A stretch of 64,000 nucleotides of DNA from Schmidtea polychroa (Eukaryota), in NCBI GenBank assembly GCA_044892525.1, contig CM097885.1:207824001-207888000 (forward strand). The letters are read 5' to 3'. Position 1 is the first letter of the stretch. Each line of letters begins with the position of its first letter. Below are positions 1 to 12,199 of the stretch, piece after piece. The notes under the pieces are model-generated. The model was given only the letters and a program-made list of their open reading frames with translations, searched no databases and had not been told where the DNA came from. The translations under genes were made by a program, and so were the position numbers.

Positions 1-400
1 TTATAATCACGAATAAACTCAAATCTTTTAATTAATTTATTATCCCGATGTATTGCACCTGTCTGAATTGTTTTGCTGATAGTAAAGTCGAATCTGGTCA
101 CGCTCATGTATTGACAAGTTTTCTTAATCCGCAATAAAATTATCATGTTGGGCAAAAAGGGGGGGGAGAATTAATTTGTTAACCCGTAAACCTATAATTA
201 CTTTACGGATGTAATATCAATCAACAGGAAGTTTCGCTAACAGTCATTCCGTTTTCTTCTTGTCGGTCATTTCAACCCATGAATGTAATGTAGGGAATTT
301 ATGAGCCTTAATAAATAATTACGCTACTCTGATGGATTAGTAGAGCTAGCCAATTTTCGTCTTATCTCTATTATTCTTTCTTCATTATAGCTATCAAAAG

Positions 401-1144
401 ATGTTGCCAAGCACGAAATCGCCCATCAAACCCTGCTTCTCCTGCTCGGACAAAAATACCGTAATCCGAGAATTACAGGCCCAGATCGGTCGATATAAAA
501 AGAAGATCGACGATCTGGAAGGTACATGGTTTAGCCCAGTACAAATGAAGGAAGTTCAAAAGAAATTGTACCGCAGTGAGCATTGTCGCGATGCTTTGAT
601 AAGCGAAAGTAGAGCTCAGCGTAGCCTAATCAAAGAGCAGTCCGAAGCTCTACATAAAGTTTACGTTCAAGCCGCTACAACCCGAAGGATTGTTAGTATT
701 CCGATTAAAGAAGCGGACAATGTCTTCCCCGTTCACCATGAACCTTCAGTTAGTTCGCCACCCTTGTCGAAAAGATCTTGTCAGGAATGTGTGGAGGCCG
801 ACCTCTCCCCCAGGCCATCGGACGTACCTACTACCGGCACTGGCAAGGTATTGCATTCAGCCACGACGTCCTCGGCAATCTTGTCTGCCAACCCCTCAAA
901 ACCTAAGCGCCGCCAATTGTCCAGAGCGGAGCGTAAGAAGCGCCAACGTGAACGAGCAATGGTCAAACAACGAGAACTATCTGCCAACCACCTAAGTGCT
1001 TCGAATGATCCACCCGTAACGATCGATCTGACCGTAGGAATCCCAGGGCGAATCATATCTGCCGCTGGTGTGACTTGGGAGGAGAATGCCTCCGAGTTTT
1101 TTGATCTAGATGAGCTATTGGCGGATGCGGGGTGGGAGAAGTGA
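401..1144 (+). CDS. Orphan-family protein, copy 1 (247 aa, intact): N-terminal CxxC, coiled coil, basic NLS-like patch
   Basis: Open ORF with motifs PCFSC.DKN, EGTWFSP.QMKE, EHCRD and SEALHKVY, shared with 18994-19761 and other copies. A pyrimidine tract plus AG precedes the ATG and AATAAA follows about 135 nt after the stop. Function unknown. Confidence 0.75.
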   Translation: MLPSTKSPIKPCFSCSDKNTVIRELQAQIGRYKKKIDDLEGTWFSPVQMKEVQKKLYRSEHCRDALISESRAQRSLIKEQSEALHKVYVQAATTRRIVSIPIKEADNVFPVHHEPSVSSPPLSKRSCQECVEADLSPRPSDVPTTGTGKVLHSATTSSAILSANPSKPKRRQLSRAERKKRQRERAMVKQRELSANHLSASNDPPVTIDLTVGIPGRIISAAGVTWEENASEFFDLDELLADAGWEK

Positions 1145-1493
1145 TGGCCGCAACACAATGCAACCGTGCAGGGTGCGAATGGACAAATATACTATCTTGA
1201 CTCTTTTTCTTCTTAATCTATTCTCCACCAAGTGTACTTGTTATGTAGTGTATAATTATTTAATGTATCATGATAATAAAATAAAGAAATATTTGGTTAA
1301 ATTTTTGTTGTTGTTTAAATCTAACTAGCTGTGATAAAGGTTCAGCGTAGTGTTCGCAAAGCGAGAGTAAAGTTTGAGTTCGAGAGGCAGTGGTCAATTT
1401 TGTACCGAATAATGGGTCAGGGTAGAGGGAGAATCTGATGAGGTAAACAGACGTAAGTCCTTCCATCGGCCGTCAGAAAAGGGAAGTCGAGGC

Positions 1494-1540
1494 CTCAGTA
1501 AGGAGTAGTCCTAAGGTAGGGGCTCACCTGCTTACTGGAG
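1494..1540 (+). ncRNA. Putative conserved RNA hairpin downstream of orphan ORF copy 1
   Basis: 28-nt core GAGTAGTCCTAAGGTAGGGGCTCACCTG (1503-1530) is closed by the stem CTCAGTAAG/CTTACTGGAG. A same-length core with a different but still pairing outer stem is at 14956-15003 on the minus strand. Confidence 0.45.
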
Positions 1541-1769
1541 TCTCGCCGACATAGCACATTTCCAACGTGAAGCAATTCGCGGGTGCTATGTTGGAGGGCA
1601 AGTTGTGCGGGGTCCTGCTCCGGGTTGACACGGGCGTATGTAGCGTAATGATATGGGCACGCACCCCTAGACAAGGACGTAGATTGAGCAGAGTCAACCA
1701 AGCACTACCCCAGCACCTCATAAATACCAAATTTCCAAGCCAGCAGATGCCACCCACAAAAAAATAAAA

Positions 1770-3350
1770 AATGAGAGAGAACTCCTATCTGTTAGAAGAT
1801 TCCGTTTTATAATAAAACCTAAAGATGAAATACTAAAGATAATAAATGATACACAAAGTATACATAGGCCTACTATGAATAATATTCTTAACCTCTTTAG
1901 TGGTAAAAGCTCGTCAACGTCCAACTTGCTAGGTCTCTCCTTCCAACCTCACATAGAGAATTGTTCCTCTGTCCATACCACTCTTGAAGATATTCGGTTG
2001 ACCATTAAGTACTGCACCTGGAATAGATAAAATTACTCTGTCTGATTGGAAACGTATAAGCCCGGACCTTACACTAATACAGGCCATCTTTAATAGCATT
2101 CTTGAATCCTCTTTATGTCCCGTAAGCTGGAAAACCTTTAGAACAAAACTGATCTTAAAAAACGGTAAAAATGAATCTAGTCATGAAGCCGGTTCCTGGA
2201 GACCTATATCGGAAATGAACACAGCCTACCGCATATTCTCTTCTCTCCTAAATAATCGTATCCTCCAGTGGATTAGTGAAGGCCACCTGATATCCTCTAA
2301 TCAGAAAGCCATAGGTGCACCCGATGGTTGTGCCGAACATAATGTAGTCCTACACTTGATTAAAGATTATTCATACAGGAACAACAATGAACTCCATATC
2401 ATATGGCTAGACATCACAGATGCTTTTGGTTCCATTCCTCATGATCTTATATGGGACTCACTTACCCAAATGGGACTACATGATAAAACTATAAATCTTA
2501 TCAAAGACATGTACTCTAATGTCCGCACAATCTTTGAATGTGAAGGAGAAAAATCCCAATCAGTACCCATCCATAAAGGGGTAAAACAAGGATGCCCCCT
2601 CTCCATGACCCTCTTCTGCCTATGTATTGACTTTATACCTAAACGTATCTTGATTAACCACCCTTTTTTCCTCCATGAACATAATAAAGGTATCTTAGCC
2701 TATGCGGATGATATCGCCCTTATATCTAGTTCCTACACATCGATCTCTAATGCACTAGCTGAAACTGTCGAACTTGCCGGAAACGTCAACCTGAAATTCA
2801 AACCCTCTAAATCTGGCTACTTCTCTATAAACATCAACGAAAAACCTCCTCCAATAACACTCTATAATGAATCAATCCCAATTATAGATGAGGATAACCT
2901 ATACAGATATCTTGGTGTAGACTTTTCTTCTAAGAATCGCCACAGCATTGAGGAACGACTTAATCTTGCGCTAAGTGACACAGCTAAAATCTTTGAATCT
3001 CACCTACATCCTGCTCAAAAAATCTCTTCTTACAAAATCTTTATACACTCTAGACTTATCTTCACTCTTAGAAACTGTGTAATCAACCACATGACACTTG
3101 ACTCGAAAAGACAACAAAGAGGCAAATTACTCCATCTTGGATATGACCAGAAATTAAAAGAGATCTTTAGAGTAGCAATGGGGGACAAAATTATGCAACT
3201 TAACAACAACTTTCTATACACCTACATTAAGTTAGGGGGTATTGGTCTCACATCTGCCATTGACGAATACCTAATACAAAGTATAGTGCATCTTATTAGG
3301 ATACTCAACTCCGACGACCTGGGTTTCCGACGTATGGTTATATCTGAGCT
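1770..3350 (+). mobile_element. Non-LTR retrotransposon reverse transcriptase, RLE-type (NeSL/Utopia/R2-like), 5' disrupted and 3' truncated
   Basis: ORF 2215-3429 plus upstream in-frame residues give APGIDK, WRPIS, QKAIGAPDGCAEHN, WLDITDAFGSIPH, GVKQGCPLS, AYADD, YRYLG and LY...GGIGL. No C-terminal CCHC or RLE endonuclease is seen before the sequence changes at ~3350. Confidence 0.9.
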
Positions 3351-3399
3351 AACAGAAGAAGAAATGAGCTTTAGCGTGCAGCCAGTTTTGTTAATTGTC

Positions 3400-3556
3400 A
3401 TTGTATCAATTGTTTCTAAAATATTTTAGTTTTAAATAAATATTTAAAAGCATATTTGTTATTTATATCCAAATTACCTACACGTGATATAACTAATATT
3501 TGTGGAGTCAGATTTTCGATTGGGTTAGTTCGAGTACCTACCCATCGAACCTAACA
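3400..3556 (+). repeat. 3' fragment of an LTR-like repeat family (terminal hairpin ending CCTAACA)
   Basis: Similar to 6380-6525 and 31700-31837: TTGTGGAGTCA followed by GTTAGTTCGA...TCGAACCTAACA. Confidence 0.6.
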
Positions 3557-3619
3557 ATATTTTACCAAAGGGTAAAACTAAAGTAATGAAATTAATTCAT
3601 GACTTTTATAAGACTGCTA

Positions 3620-4260
3620 AAAGTGAGGTGGTATCAAAAATTCAATCGCATAAAGATCTTTGTGGTAAATTCAGTCATTACATGAATGGACTAGTTTACG
3701 AAACCGGCGCTATATCAAAATAAATGTTCATTTTGATACTAAATATATAAACTTAGGATTAGTGGCAATTGAAGGAAGTTGTATATCTGAAAAAAACAGA
3801 CAAATTGGTGAATTCAAAGCTACTATATTTTGGTATCAATTTATCTGATGTAGTCGCGTCGAACACAGATGGTGCTGCTGTCATGGTAAGATTTGGAATA
3901 TTAGCCAATTATATTCACCAGTTATGTTATAATCATGGCATACATTTAGCTGTTATTTATGTAATTTATAAAAAAGCGGAAAATGATGTTGTAAATGATG
4001 ATGATCAAAGTGATATCAGTGAAAATGAATATAGCTCGATTTCCGACTTTCTGCTTCTGATGGTGATGTTGAAGCAAATGATGCTAGAACCCAAAATCGT
4101 GAACGTGATGATATTAGTAAGGCCTTGCAAATGATAGAAAATAGTGTAAAATGTTTTAAAAGATCACCAAAATGAAATTCCATACTTCAAGAAACTGTCA
4201 CAGAAAAGCATGGGATACAACTGAGTTTGCTTTTAGATTGTAAGATTTATTAAAAAAAAA
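3620..4260 (+). mobile_element. Degenerate hAT (Ac/Hermes/ZBED-like) transposase remnant
   Basis: Frameshifted WTSLRNRRY, then DGAAVM and CYNHGIHLAV (C2H motif) in ORF 3769-4134. Related to 12200-13560. Confidence 0.75.
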
Positions 4261-5692
4261 TTATTTAATAATTTTAAGGTATGGTTTTTTGTTAATTTAT
4301 TTTAATTCATTTTCTTGATTATACAAAGAACGGTTAACATAATTAAAATTGATAATAAAACACGTTTAACCCTCAAATATAAATTATACAAAATAATATT
4401 TATTAATAAAAGCCCTCTAAAGTCTAATTAGTTTTTTTATTTTTTTTCGATGAACAGCATTATAATTAGTGGCAATCAAGCACTTTTCAAAATGCTTTGT
4501 TTTATACCTACTTTATCCATAGTTTTTATTCTTCAACGGTTTGAAGATTAAACTGAAAGTCAGTGGAAAATAATTGTAATTCTTTGTGTTATAATAAATA
4601 AAATTATACAAAAGATCTGTGGTCTTATTTATGTGAGAAACATCAAGTTGAAATTCTGGGAAACTCAACACTTCTTAAAATATGATGTAAGGAGGTTCAA
4701 TACTAAATTAATCAAATTTAAAATAATTGGAATTCACTAATCTGAAAATTAATTATAAGTAAATGATCACATAATGAAGAACTACATAGAATTTAACTCG
4801 AGCTATCAGAAGTACTTATTTCGATCAGTGAAAGAATGCAATGATCGATTGGAACACGATGACAATGACTGATGAGCAACGAGGACTCTATAATCGGTCG
4901 ATAGGAATGGAGGAAATATGTTGATGGAAATAATGTGTTATAAATTATATAACATGAAATAACTAATTAGTATTCTTTATGATATTATTGAAATTAATTT
5001 TAATCACATCTCGATATTTAGATAGATAAGATACGTTAACATAGGAAACGATCAACCGAACGGATGGAGAAAAAACGACTGATAAAACAAATCGGATAGA
5101 AAACACGTTCCAGATAAAGATAAAGAACCTTTTTCGTTATCTCATATCTCATCTATATATTTTGCTAATAAATCATTTTAACATTTTCAAAAGATGTCTT
5201 ACAAAATTTATGTAAAATATTAGTTAATTTTGTATGATAAGTGGTCTAAATTCTGAATAATAAGATATTTCAGAAAAACTGCACCCATCACACAACTAAA
5301 AATATAATTTTTTAAATTTATTTTTATTTTTACTTGAATTAAATTTAATCATTACCAAAAGACACTTAATTATTTTTTATAATTTGGATTTATACCGTTT
5401 TAATATGATTGGAAAAATTCTGTAAATTTTATTTGTTGGCCCAAGAAAAATAAGTTTGGGCGTTTTTAAATATATATGTTTTAAATGTCTTGATTATAAT
5501 TGTGTTTATATTTGTTAGATGTAGTGTAATATAGATTTTCAAACTTCAAGCAGTTATTTAATTATTACCATTATTTAATTTATTTAATGCTTTTTATATT
5601 TGTGTCAGAAACATGGCTGATGAGAATAGCCATATGCGTTTCAATTTTTCAGCAATTGCAAACGATGATTTTCCTAAGTAGACACAGCCTTT

Positions 5693-5736
5693 TGTTAGGG
5701 TCCGAAATGATATTGAAAAATAGTAATTAAATATAC

Positions 5737-5780
<44 letters not shown>

Positions 5781-6525
5781 TAATAAAATTAAATAGTAAT
5801 TAAATATTAATTTAGTGATTTAATATTACTGTATTTAGAAATTAAACATAAATATTTCTATATACATAAATATGGTAATTATTAATTATTATTTTTAGAT
5901 TCATAATTTAAGAAAAATTTAGTATAAATAGTTAATAGTTATTTTAGTAAGAGAATATTTTGTAACCAATATTAATCGACAGGTCTGTCGTTGAGATTTA
6001 TTAAGTTAAATCGACTTTTGGAAAAACCAAATCAATATTTATCGGCTATAATAAGCATTACTGCTTCGGTAATTCCTGAAATTCGCTCACAAGTCAATTA
6101 GGTACGGTAATTAATTAGCACCAGTGTTTTGTTTGTCAGTAAACAATTTTTGTTACTGTTTTACTCGGGGTAAATTATTAAATCAAACCAGCATTATTTA
6201 GAAGGAATTATTGCCTAATTTCTGGGTCAATACTATCGCGTAAACTCTCGGGAAACTACCCTCTTTTACCTTACACGTTAGGACCAGCCTTGACTCTTAG
6301 AAAAACTTCTTCGTGGCAGTTTGAATAACCGATTAGCTTTCTTTCAGGTGCAAGCACGTGTATTTTAAATTTTGTAGTTTATTTTTGTGTAAGAATTTGA
6401 ATAAATAATAAAAAATTTTATAAAGTCATATTGTTATTTACAACTAACCTTACACGCATTATTTAAATTAATTGGAGTTCAAACTTTAATTGTGTTAGTC
6501 GTTTTCAAATCAAACGAACTTAACA
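5693..6525 (+). repeat. Solo-LTR-like element (TGTTAGG...CTTAACA) with A-rich 5' part
   Basis: TG...CA ends with short terminal inverted repeats, AATAAA near the 3' end, and internal blocks homologous to 31180-31837. No clean TSD. Confidence 0.55.
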
Positions 6526-7561
6526 TTTTAACTGAATAATAGCAGAAGTGAGAAAACTATGTATTTTCAGTTATTCACAAGCCTTATACCCCATATTCCG
6601 GAAGAGCACTTGGAATTATCTAGACTATATTTAACGCTTTCATACACAATGATACGCAATTCTATCATTAAGGATTCAATGAAATCAGCGCCCGAAGCAA
6701 CTAATCCAAAAACAAATTTTAAAAGACCGAAAACCGAGTCAATCGAAATTTAAAAAAGTGAACCTAACACATTTCAAGACTAGCAATATAGCGCTGGCAT
6801 TATATACTACTTGCTTGATATATAAAGAATTGTTAGCAATTTATAATTGTACCTATCACTAAATATTATCTAAATATAAAGAGATTTAAATTGAAAATAG
6901 ACTAAGACAGTAACTTTGATGTTAAAAACCAAAAAAAACCTTTAACACCTCAATTCCAGACAGTTAAACTACGGCGCAAATAGTTTTTGGTAAAATATAT
7001 ATAACGAATGGTTGGATGCACAAAATTAAGTTTGCTAAAGAGAATACATATAGAAATTTAAAAAATGGTGAGTGTTTATTAGAAAAAATTTGTGTTATAT
7101 TGAGGACGAGTAATAACCAATAAAATACATGAAAGGTTCTATGAAATAATAATGGTAAAATACTAACAAAAAATCAAGAATAACTTCAACATTTTAAAAG
7201 GAAGAGAAAGGATCAAGTTAAATTAGGCATGTAATTAAACTTAATTAATTAATTTAAAAATTGTATGGTAATTAATTTAGCATTTAATATATATTACATG
7301 TAAATAATAATTTATAAATGTAAATGTATTCATGTATATTCATGTATGTTTTTATAGATCATCAAAGTTTTTATTTTTTCAACTATTAAACAGCTCATAA
7401 AGGTAATTAGAAAGTATTTAATTAGAAATTATTTAAATAAATACCGATGTTAATTTTTATAGCCCATATAATAAAATCTAAAATGTGTCGTCAAAAAAAA
7501 TTTTAAGTGTAGAATTATTTCAAAAAGCTGGATAATAATAAGAAAGCAGTATGCTCTAAAT

Positions 7562-7950
7562 CAGCGTTGCCCAACTTATCATAACCCGTGGGCCATATTT
7601 TCTTCACCAAACATTTCGAGGGCCAAGAAAGTTGATAAATGAAAAGTCAGTTTATGCTAATTAAAAAATATTTTATTTTAACTAAAAAGAAAACTTAAAA
7701 CTATTCGTAATATATTAATGAGAACAATGTGGCCGTAATTTTTTAGCAACAATATCTTTGATGTCCACATCAATATTTTGGTTGTGGCAAGTCTAATTAT
7801 ATCTTCAAGAATGGAATCTTTCAAACTGTTTCTATATTTTGACTTTATATATTTCATATCGGAGTATGAACGTTTGCATATATATGTACTTCCGAACATT
7901 GATACAATTTGAAGTCCAAAATCTCTCAGTTATTACAAATTTCAAAATTT
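7562..7950 (-). mobile_element. hAT Charlie/SPIN-type transposase C-terminus and terminal inverted repeat
   Basis: ORF 7678-7899 has SMFGSTYICKRSYSDMKYIKSKYRNSL (Charlie/Buster dimerisation motif). TIR-like CAGCGTTGCCCAACTT at 7562. Confidence 0.8.
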
Positions 7951-7964
7951 CAAAAGTTTTTTAG

Positions 7965-8450
7965 ATGGAACGTGTCATTAATACCGTTAAAAAATGTATC
8001 GTTGAAGATTGTACTGCTGATCAAACTGTTGGAGATTTAAAATTATTTTTGGCTAATGAAAAACAAATTCCACTAGATAAAAATAAATTTTTATCTAGTG
8101 GAAATGTTCTGGACGATAAAACACTTTTGTCGTCATTAGGTGATTCCGCCACCATTGATATTGAATTTGGACATCACATTAAAAATCAAACGACAGCAAT
8201 TCCAGATAATTTGAATACAAATATGAAATTTTTCTATATTGGCGTTGAAAGTTTTATCCAAGAATCTACTGAGGATGAAAATTTTGATGATTGTAAAGTA
8301 TTTGTGGCCAATGAAAAACAAATTCCACTAGATAAAAATAAATGTTTATCTAGTGGAAATGTTCTGGACGATCAAGTTAAAAATCAAACGATGAAATTTT
8401 TCATTAATATCTTTGAAAGTTTTGTTTTGGTAGAAAGAAATGCTCAATGA
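7965..8450 (+). CDS. Ubiquitin-like domain ORF with internal partial duplication (gene fragment)
   Basis: TVGDLKLFLANEKQIPLDKNKFLSSGNVLDDKTLLSSLG aligns by eye with the ubiquitin fold. About 69 bp at 8049-8117 is repeated at 8304-8372. AG acceptor immediately before the ATG. Confidence 0.55.
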   Translation: MERVINTVKKCIVEDCTADQTVGDLKLFLANEKQIPLDKNKFLSSGNVLDDKTLLSSLGDSATIDIEFGHHIKNQTTAIPDNLNTNMKFFYIGVESFIQESTEDENFDDCKVFVANEKQIPLDKNKCLSSGNVLDDQVKNQTMKFFINIFESFVLVERNAQ

Positions 8451-8545
8451 CCTAATTCAAATGCAAATTTAAATTAAACTTTTGACTCACTCAATAACTG
8501 ACGATTCGCACATTTGTGTTTTTGCTTGCTTTTGATTGTTTATTA

Positions 8546-8825
8546 CAGGTCTTCTTAAACTATGGGTCGCGAAATTTTTTTATAAAATATCCAAATACAT
8601 AAAATTGCATAATTGTCGTATGTTTTCCTACTCATTAGGCAAATGGAAATTTTTCCGTAGTGACCAACTCTGAAACGTCAATTTTGTCATATGTATTTAT
8701 ATTATTACTTAATTAATAAATCTTCACAAAAAATTTATATATCTTTATTTTAAATTATAAGGGGTCGCAAAAAAGGTTTACAATCATTAATGGGATCGCG
8801 AATGAAAAAAGTTTAAGAAGCACTG
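8546..8825. mobile_element. hAT-type MITE
   Basis: Imperfect 16-bp TIRs CAGGTCTTCTTAAACT / AGTTTAAGAAGCACTG with perfect 8-bp TSD GTTTATTA on both sides. Confidence 0.9.
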
Positions 8826-8929
8826 GTTTATTATAATGGCAATTCACTGCTTTTGATTTTGACTGAAATTTCAACTTGAATAAAAAATCTATGATTTAAA
8901 AAAAAAAAAAAAGAATTTAGATCCTGATA

Positions 8930-10864
8930 GGTTATCGAGTAATTGGGCATAGGAAAAGATTCTCTTTCTGTCATCTTATTCAACTCTCGATAATCTACGC
9001 ACATTCTTATTGAGCCGTCTTTCTTTCCTACCACAACCAATGGGGAGCTCCATGGACTTTTACAGCGTCTTATAACTCCAGCTTTTGTTAACTCTTTTAT
9101 CATATCGTCAATTTTCTGTTCTAGATGCATCGGTTGTCGTCTTGGAAATTGCATTGTTGGATTCCCAGATGTATTAATTTCGTGCTCTACGATTCTTGTG
9201 AATCCTAAATCAAATCTGGCTGCCATAAATATTGACCCGAATTCATCTAATAATTTGTTAATTATTGGCAATTCATTTCTTCCCAATTCCTTTTTTGCTT
9301 TTTGTCTTCTCTCGTCATCAGTATAATTGCTAATCTTTGTTTAGGATTCGATATTGTTAATTTCCATCAACTGCACTCCAAATGCTTTCAAAGTATCTAT
9401 CCAACCAATAAAACCTGGAAATATATTTTTAATAACAATTATTTTGATAGTCCTCATCTTATTGTGCCAATAAACATTTACTTCTGTACATCCCTGTGGT
9501 TTTTGAGTTCCTGGAAAAACTCCACATATTTCGATTTCACTGCTGCTTAAACGTGGACTGCCAATTTTATGCCATGTTTCCTCATTCATCACTGTAATTG
9601 AAGCTCCAGAATCCCACAACATCTCAATCTCAACATCATTTATCATCATCTTGCTCCATTCTCTTCCATCTGATGTCATCTGATTTTCTTCCTTTACAAC
9701 CCCATTGACGAAATGTATGCAATAGAGTTTCTCGTTTTTTTTTCAGTTTCCACATCATGAATTGCATAATCATTAATTGATTCTCTTGTTTCTGCATCAT
9801 CCGAGTAATTTCTTCCGTTTTCTTCGTCATGCACACAAGCTATCATTTTCTTGTTCTCATAGTTCTGTTGTTCTTTCCTTCTTAATAAATAACAATCACG
9901 AAAATTATGCCCTCCCTTACCACATATCAAACATTTATCTTTTAGTGGACATTCATATCTTCTGTGCCCATATTCTCCACAGCAAAAACATTGGCCTGAC
10001 TGTAATTCGCCGTTTCTTGGATCAGGAAGGTCTCGAGATCAATTGTATAATCTCTTGGCAATGTGTTTAAGCGAAACCGTTGGTGTCCTTCTCTGCACAT
10101 TCCGTTCGACTGTGTGATTCATTTCGTTATTTCTGTTATACGAATTATCTGGTAAATTCTCTCTTCTGTAATTTCCTTGGCTTCTTAATACATTGGTGTT
10201 ACTTCCATTTGTTTCTCTTGTAAAAGTTTCTGAATTTCTTCTCCTTGTTGCTTCCGCGTAACTACTCTTCTTTATTACCATAATTTCTTCCGTCTTTTCT
10301 TTTGATTCAACTTTTTCGTAAATTTTGGCCAGTTGATTTTGTTCTTCTGCTGTCATCGATGGTTTCATTGTTAGAGCATCCTTTAATCTTCTGTCTCTGA
10401 CGCGTCCAGTTATAATTTCATTGGCAATCTCCTCTACCATCATTCCTGAATTAATAACTTCACTCACTAATTTCAATACCCTGATTTCGAAGGTTGCATA
10501 TCTTTCATTTTCCTCTTGTCTAATTGCAGCAAGTTCTTTAATTTTGTCAATAATAGTCAATTTAATTGTAAATGTTTCGGAAAACCATTCTTTAGCTGCT
10601 TTATCTGTTTTGAAACTTTTCCACAGTGTAGCCGCTTCATCACAAAGGAGAAAATCGAATGCTTCGGTCCTCTTCAAATCATTTCTAGCGATCCAATCAT
10701 CAATTGCCTGTATCCATTTTTCAGCTTCCTTGGTACATCTGCCGTCGTATCTTCTAATCTCCATATCCAAGAGTTCTTGCGCACGTTTCGGTAGCGCGTC
10801 TCTTATAGACTTTTTCCCTTCTCCTCGAGTCGTCATTGTGTGAACATTTTCGGCGTGGTCGCCA
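8930..10864 (-). mobile_element. Ty3/Gypsy LTR retrotransposon gag-pro-RT, frameshifted and 3' truncated
   Basis: gag 10039-10884, two CCHC knuckles (CFCCGEYGHRRYEC, CLICGKGGHNFRDC) at ~9890-9990, protease LWDSGAS (9341-9679), and RT N-terminus SPWSSPLVVVGKKDGSIRMCVDYRELN (8831-9286). PBS TGGCGACCACGCCG at 10864-10851. Confidence 0.92.
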
Positions 10865-10997
10865 GTTACAACAATTGATTCCATCTAAAGATTTTATTAA
10901 TATTAACACAGAGTGATCACTCTTAAATAGTAATGTATATTGCGTAATAACTAACACATTGTATTGAATTACGCAATATACTCTGAACTTCTTCACA
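10865..10997 (-). repeat. Short (133 bp) 5' LTR of the Gypsy element
   Basis: Starts TGTGAAG and ends directly at the PBS. Contains AATAAA and a perfect 14-bp inverted repeat (10935-10948 / 10968-10981). Confidence 0.7.
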
Positions 10998-11039
10998 CTT
11001 GGTCCTTGGCCTCTAATGTAATATCATTACTCTCTCAAT

Positions 11040-12150
11040 TTTGAATATTTCTCTATCTAAAAATTTGAATATTTCTATTCCAGTTACTCCACGAGATGTA
11101 AAAAATGGGTCGGACACCAAGTCGCATAATTCTATTTGATATTTAAGATCAAAGGAGTTTATATTAATATTAATTGAATCACAAAATAAATCAATCAAAC
11201 TGAGAAAATCTTTTATTGAAATCTGTAATTAGAATATCCAATATTGGTAGAAATATTTTAAAATTCGCTTATATATTACATACTTTTATTTCTTCATAGA
11301 TCTCTGCAAGATTCAAAATGAAATAAATTATTTTACTCTAAATTAAATTTTAATTTATTTCTAAATCCAGTAACATATTTATAAAGGCAACAAACATTTT
11401 GATCTTGTCCTTGCAAGGATTTATTCAAAATATTTAAATATTTTATTATGTCCGCGAGGAAAGCAATTGAATAAATAAAATTTTTATCAACTAAATTTCC
11501 TGTCAAATTTTCATCGACGACAATTTCTGTGAGAAAAAGATGAACTTCTTTTCGAAGTGTAAATAATATCCTCAAGCACTTTCCAGCAGTTAACCAACGA
11601 ACGTTACTATGTAAAAGCAGATATCCGTGCTCAGTTTCCAATTCATCCAAAAATGTTTTAAATTTACGGTGTATAAGAGAACGATTTCCACCGCGAATTA
11701 AATTAGTTATTTTGCAAACCTTGTCTATTACGTCTTTTAGTTGTATGGGTAAACCACATAATGCCCCTGATGGATAATACAGTGTAACATACTTCATGTT
11801 ATTCCTTCTTTTTGAAAAGTCCCGCGAGCCAAATATTTTTACCCGTCATAGCTCTAGCAACGTCGGTTACAATAGCAGTGCACTTGTCAAATGTGCCATA
11901 CTGCTCTACTGCATATTTTAATTGTTTGTAAATTGTTCGTTTTTCCGTAGAATGATTGTAATTTTAAAAGTTCTTCTGAATAATTATAGTTTTCATTTAC
12001 AGTTCTTATTAAAATAAGCATTTGACTTGTATCGGAAATGTCTGTGTTTTCATTCAATGCTACCGAAAAATAGCAGCAACTATTGATTAGGTTTTCTAAT
12101 TTATTAGTGACATGCATGCTAATCTCGTTTACACGTCAGCTTACTGTCGG
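11040..12150 (-). mobile_element. hAT Charlie/SPIN-type transposase central region (same element as 7562-7950)
   Basis: FSVALNENTDISDTSQMLILIR (11887-12117) and HSNVRWLTAGKCL (11333-11797). The reading continues ...ELCDLVSDPF...IFKFLDREIF and resumes at ~7945 as LRDFGLQIVSMFGSTY. Confidence 0.85.
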
Positions 12151-12199
12151 GTGAGAAAACCATTAAATGCTTGAGCCATTTTTATGGCACATTTTTTAA

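Noticed and set aside
1434-1490. CTGATGAG suggesting a hammerhead, or an HDV-like fold with loop UUCCAUC
   Set aside because: No GAAA after stem II. For HDV, P1 does not start with G, GG does not follow P1', and J4/2 is wrong.
4869-4900. CTGATGAG motifs here, at ~5617, and on the minus strand at ~25238 and ~59930
   Set aside because: None has a stem II followed by GAAA and an NUH site.
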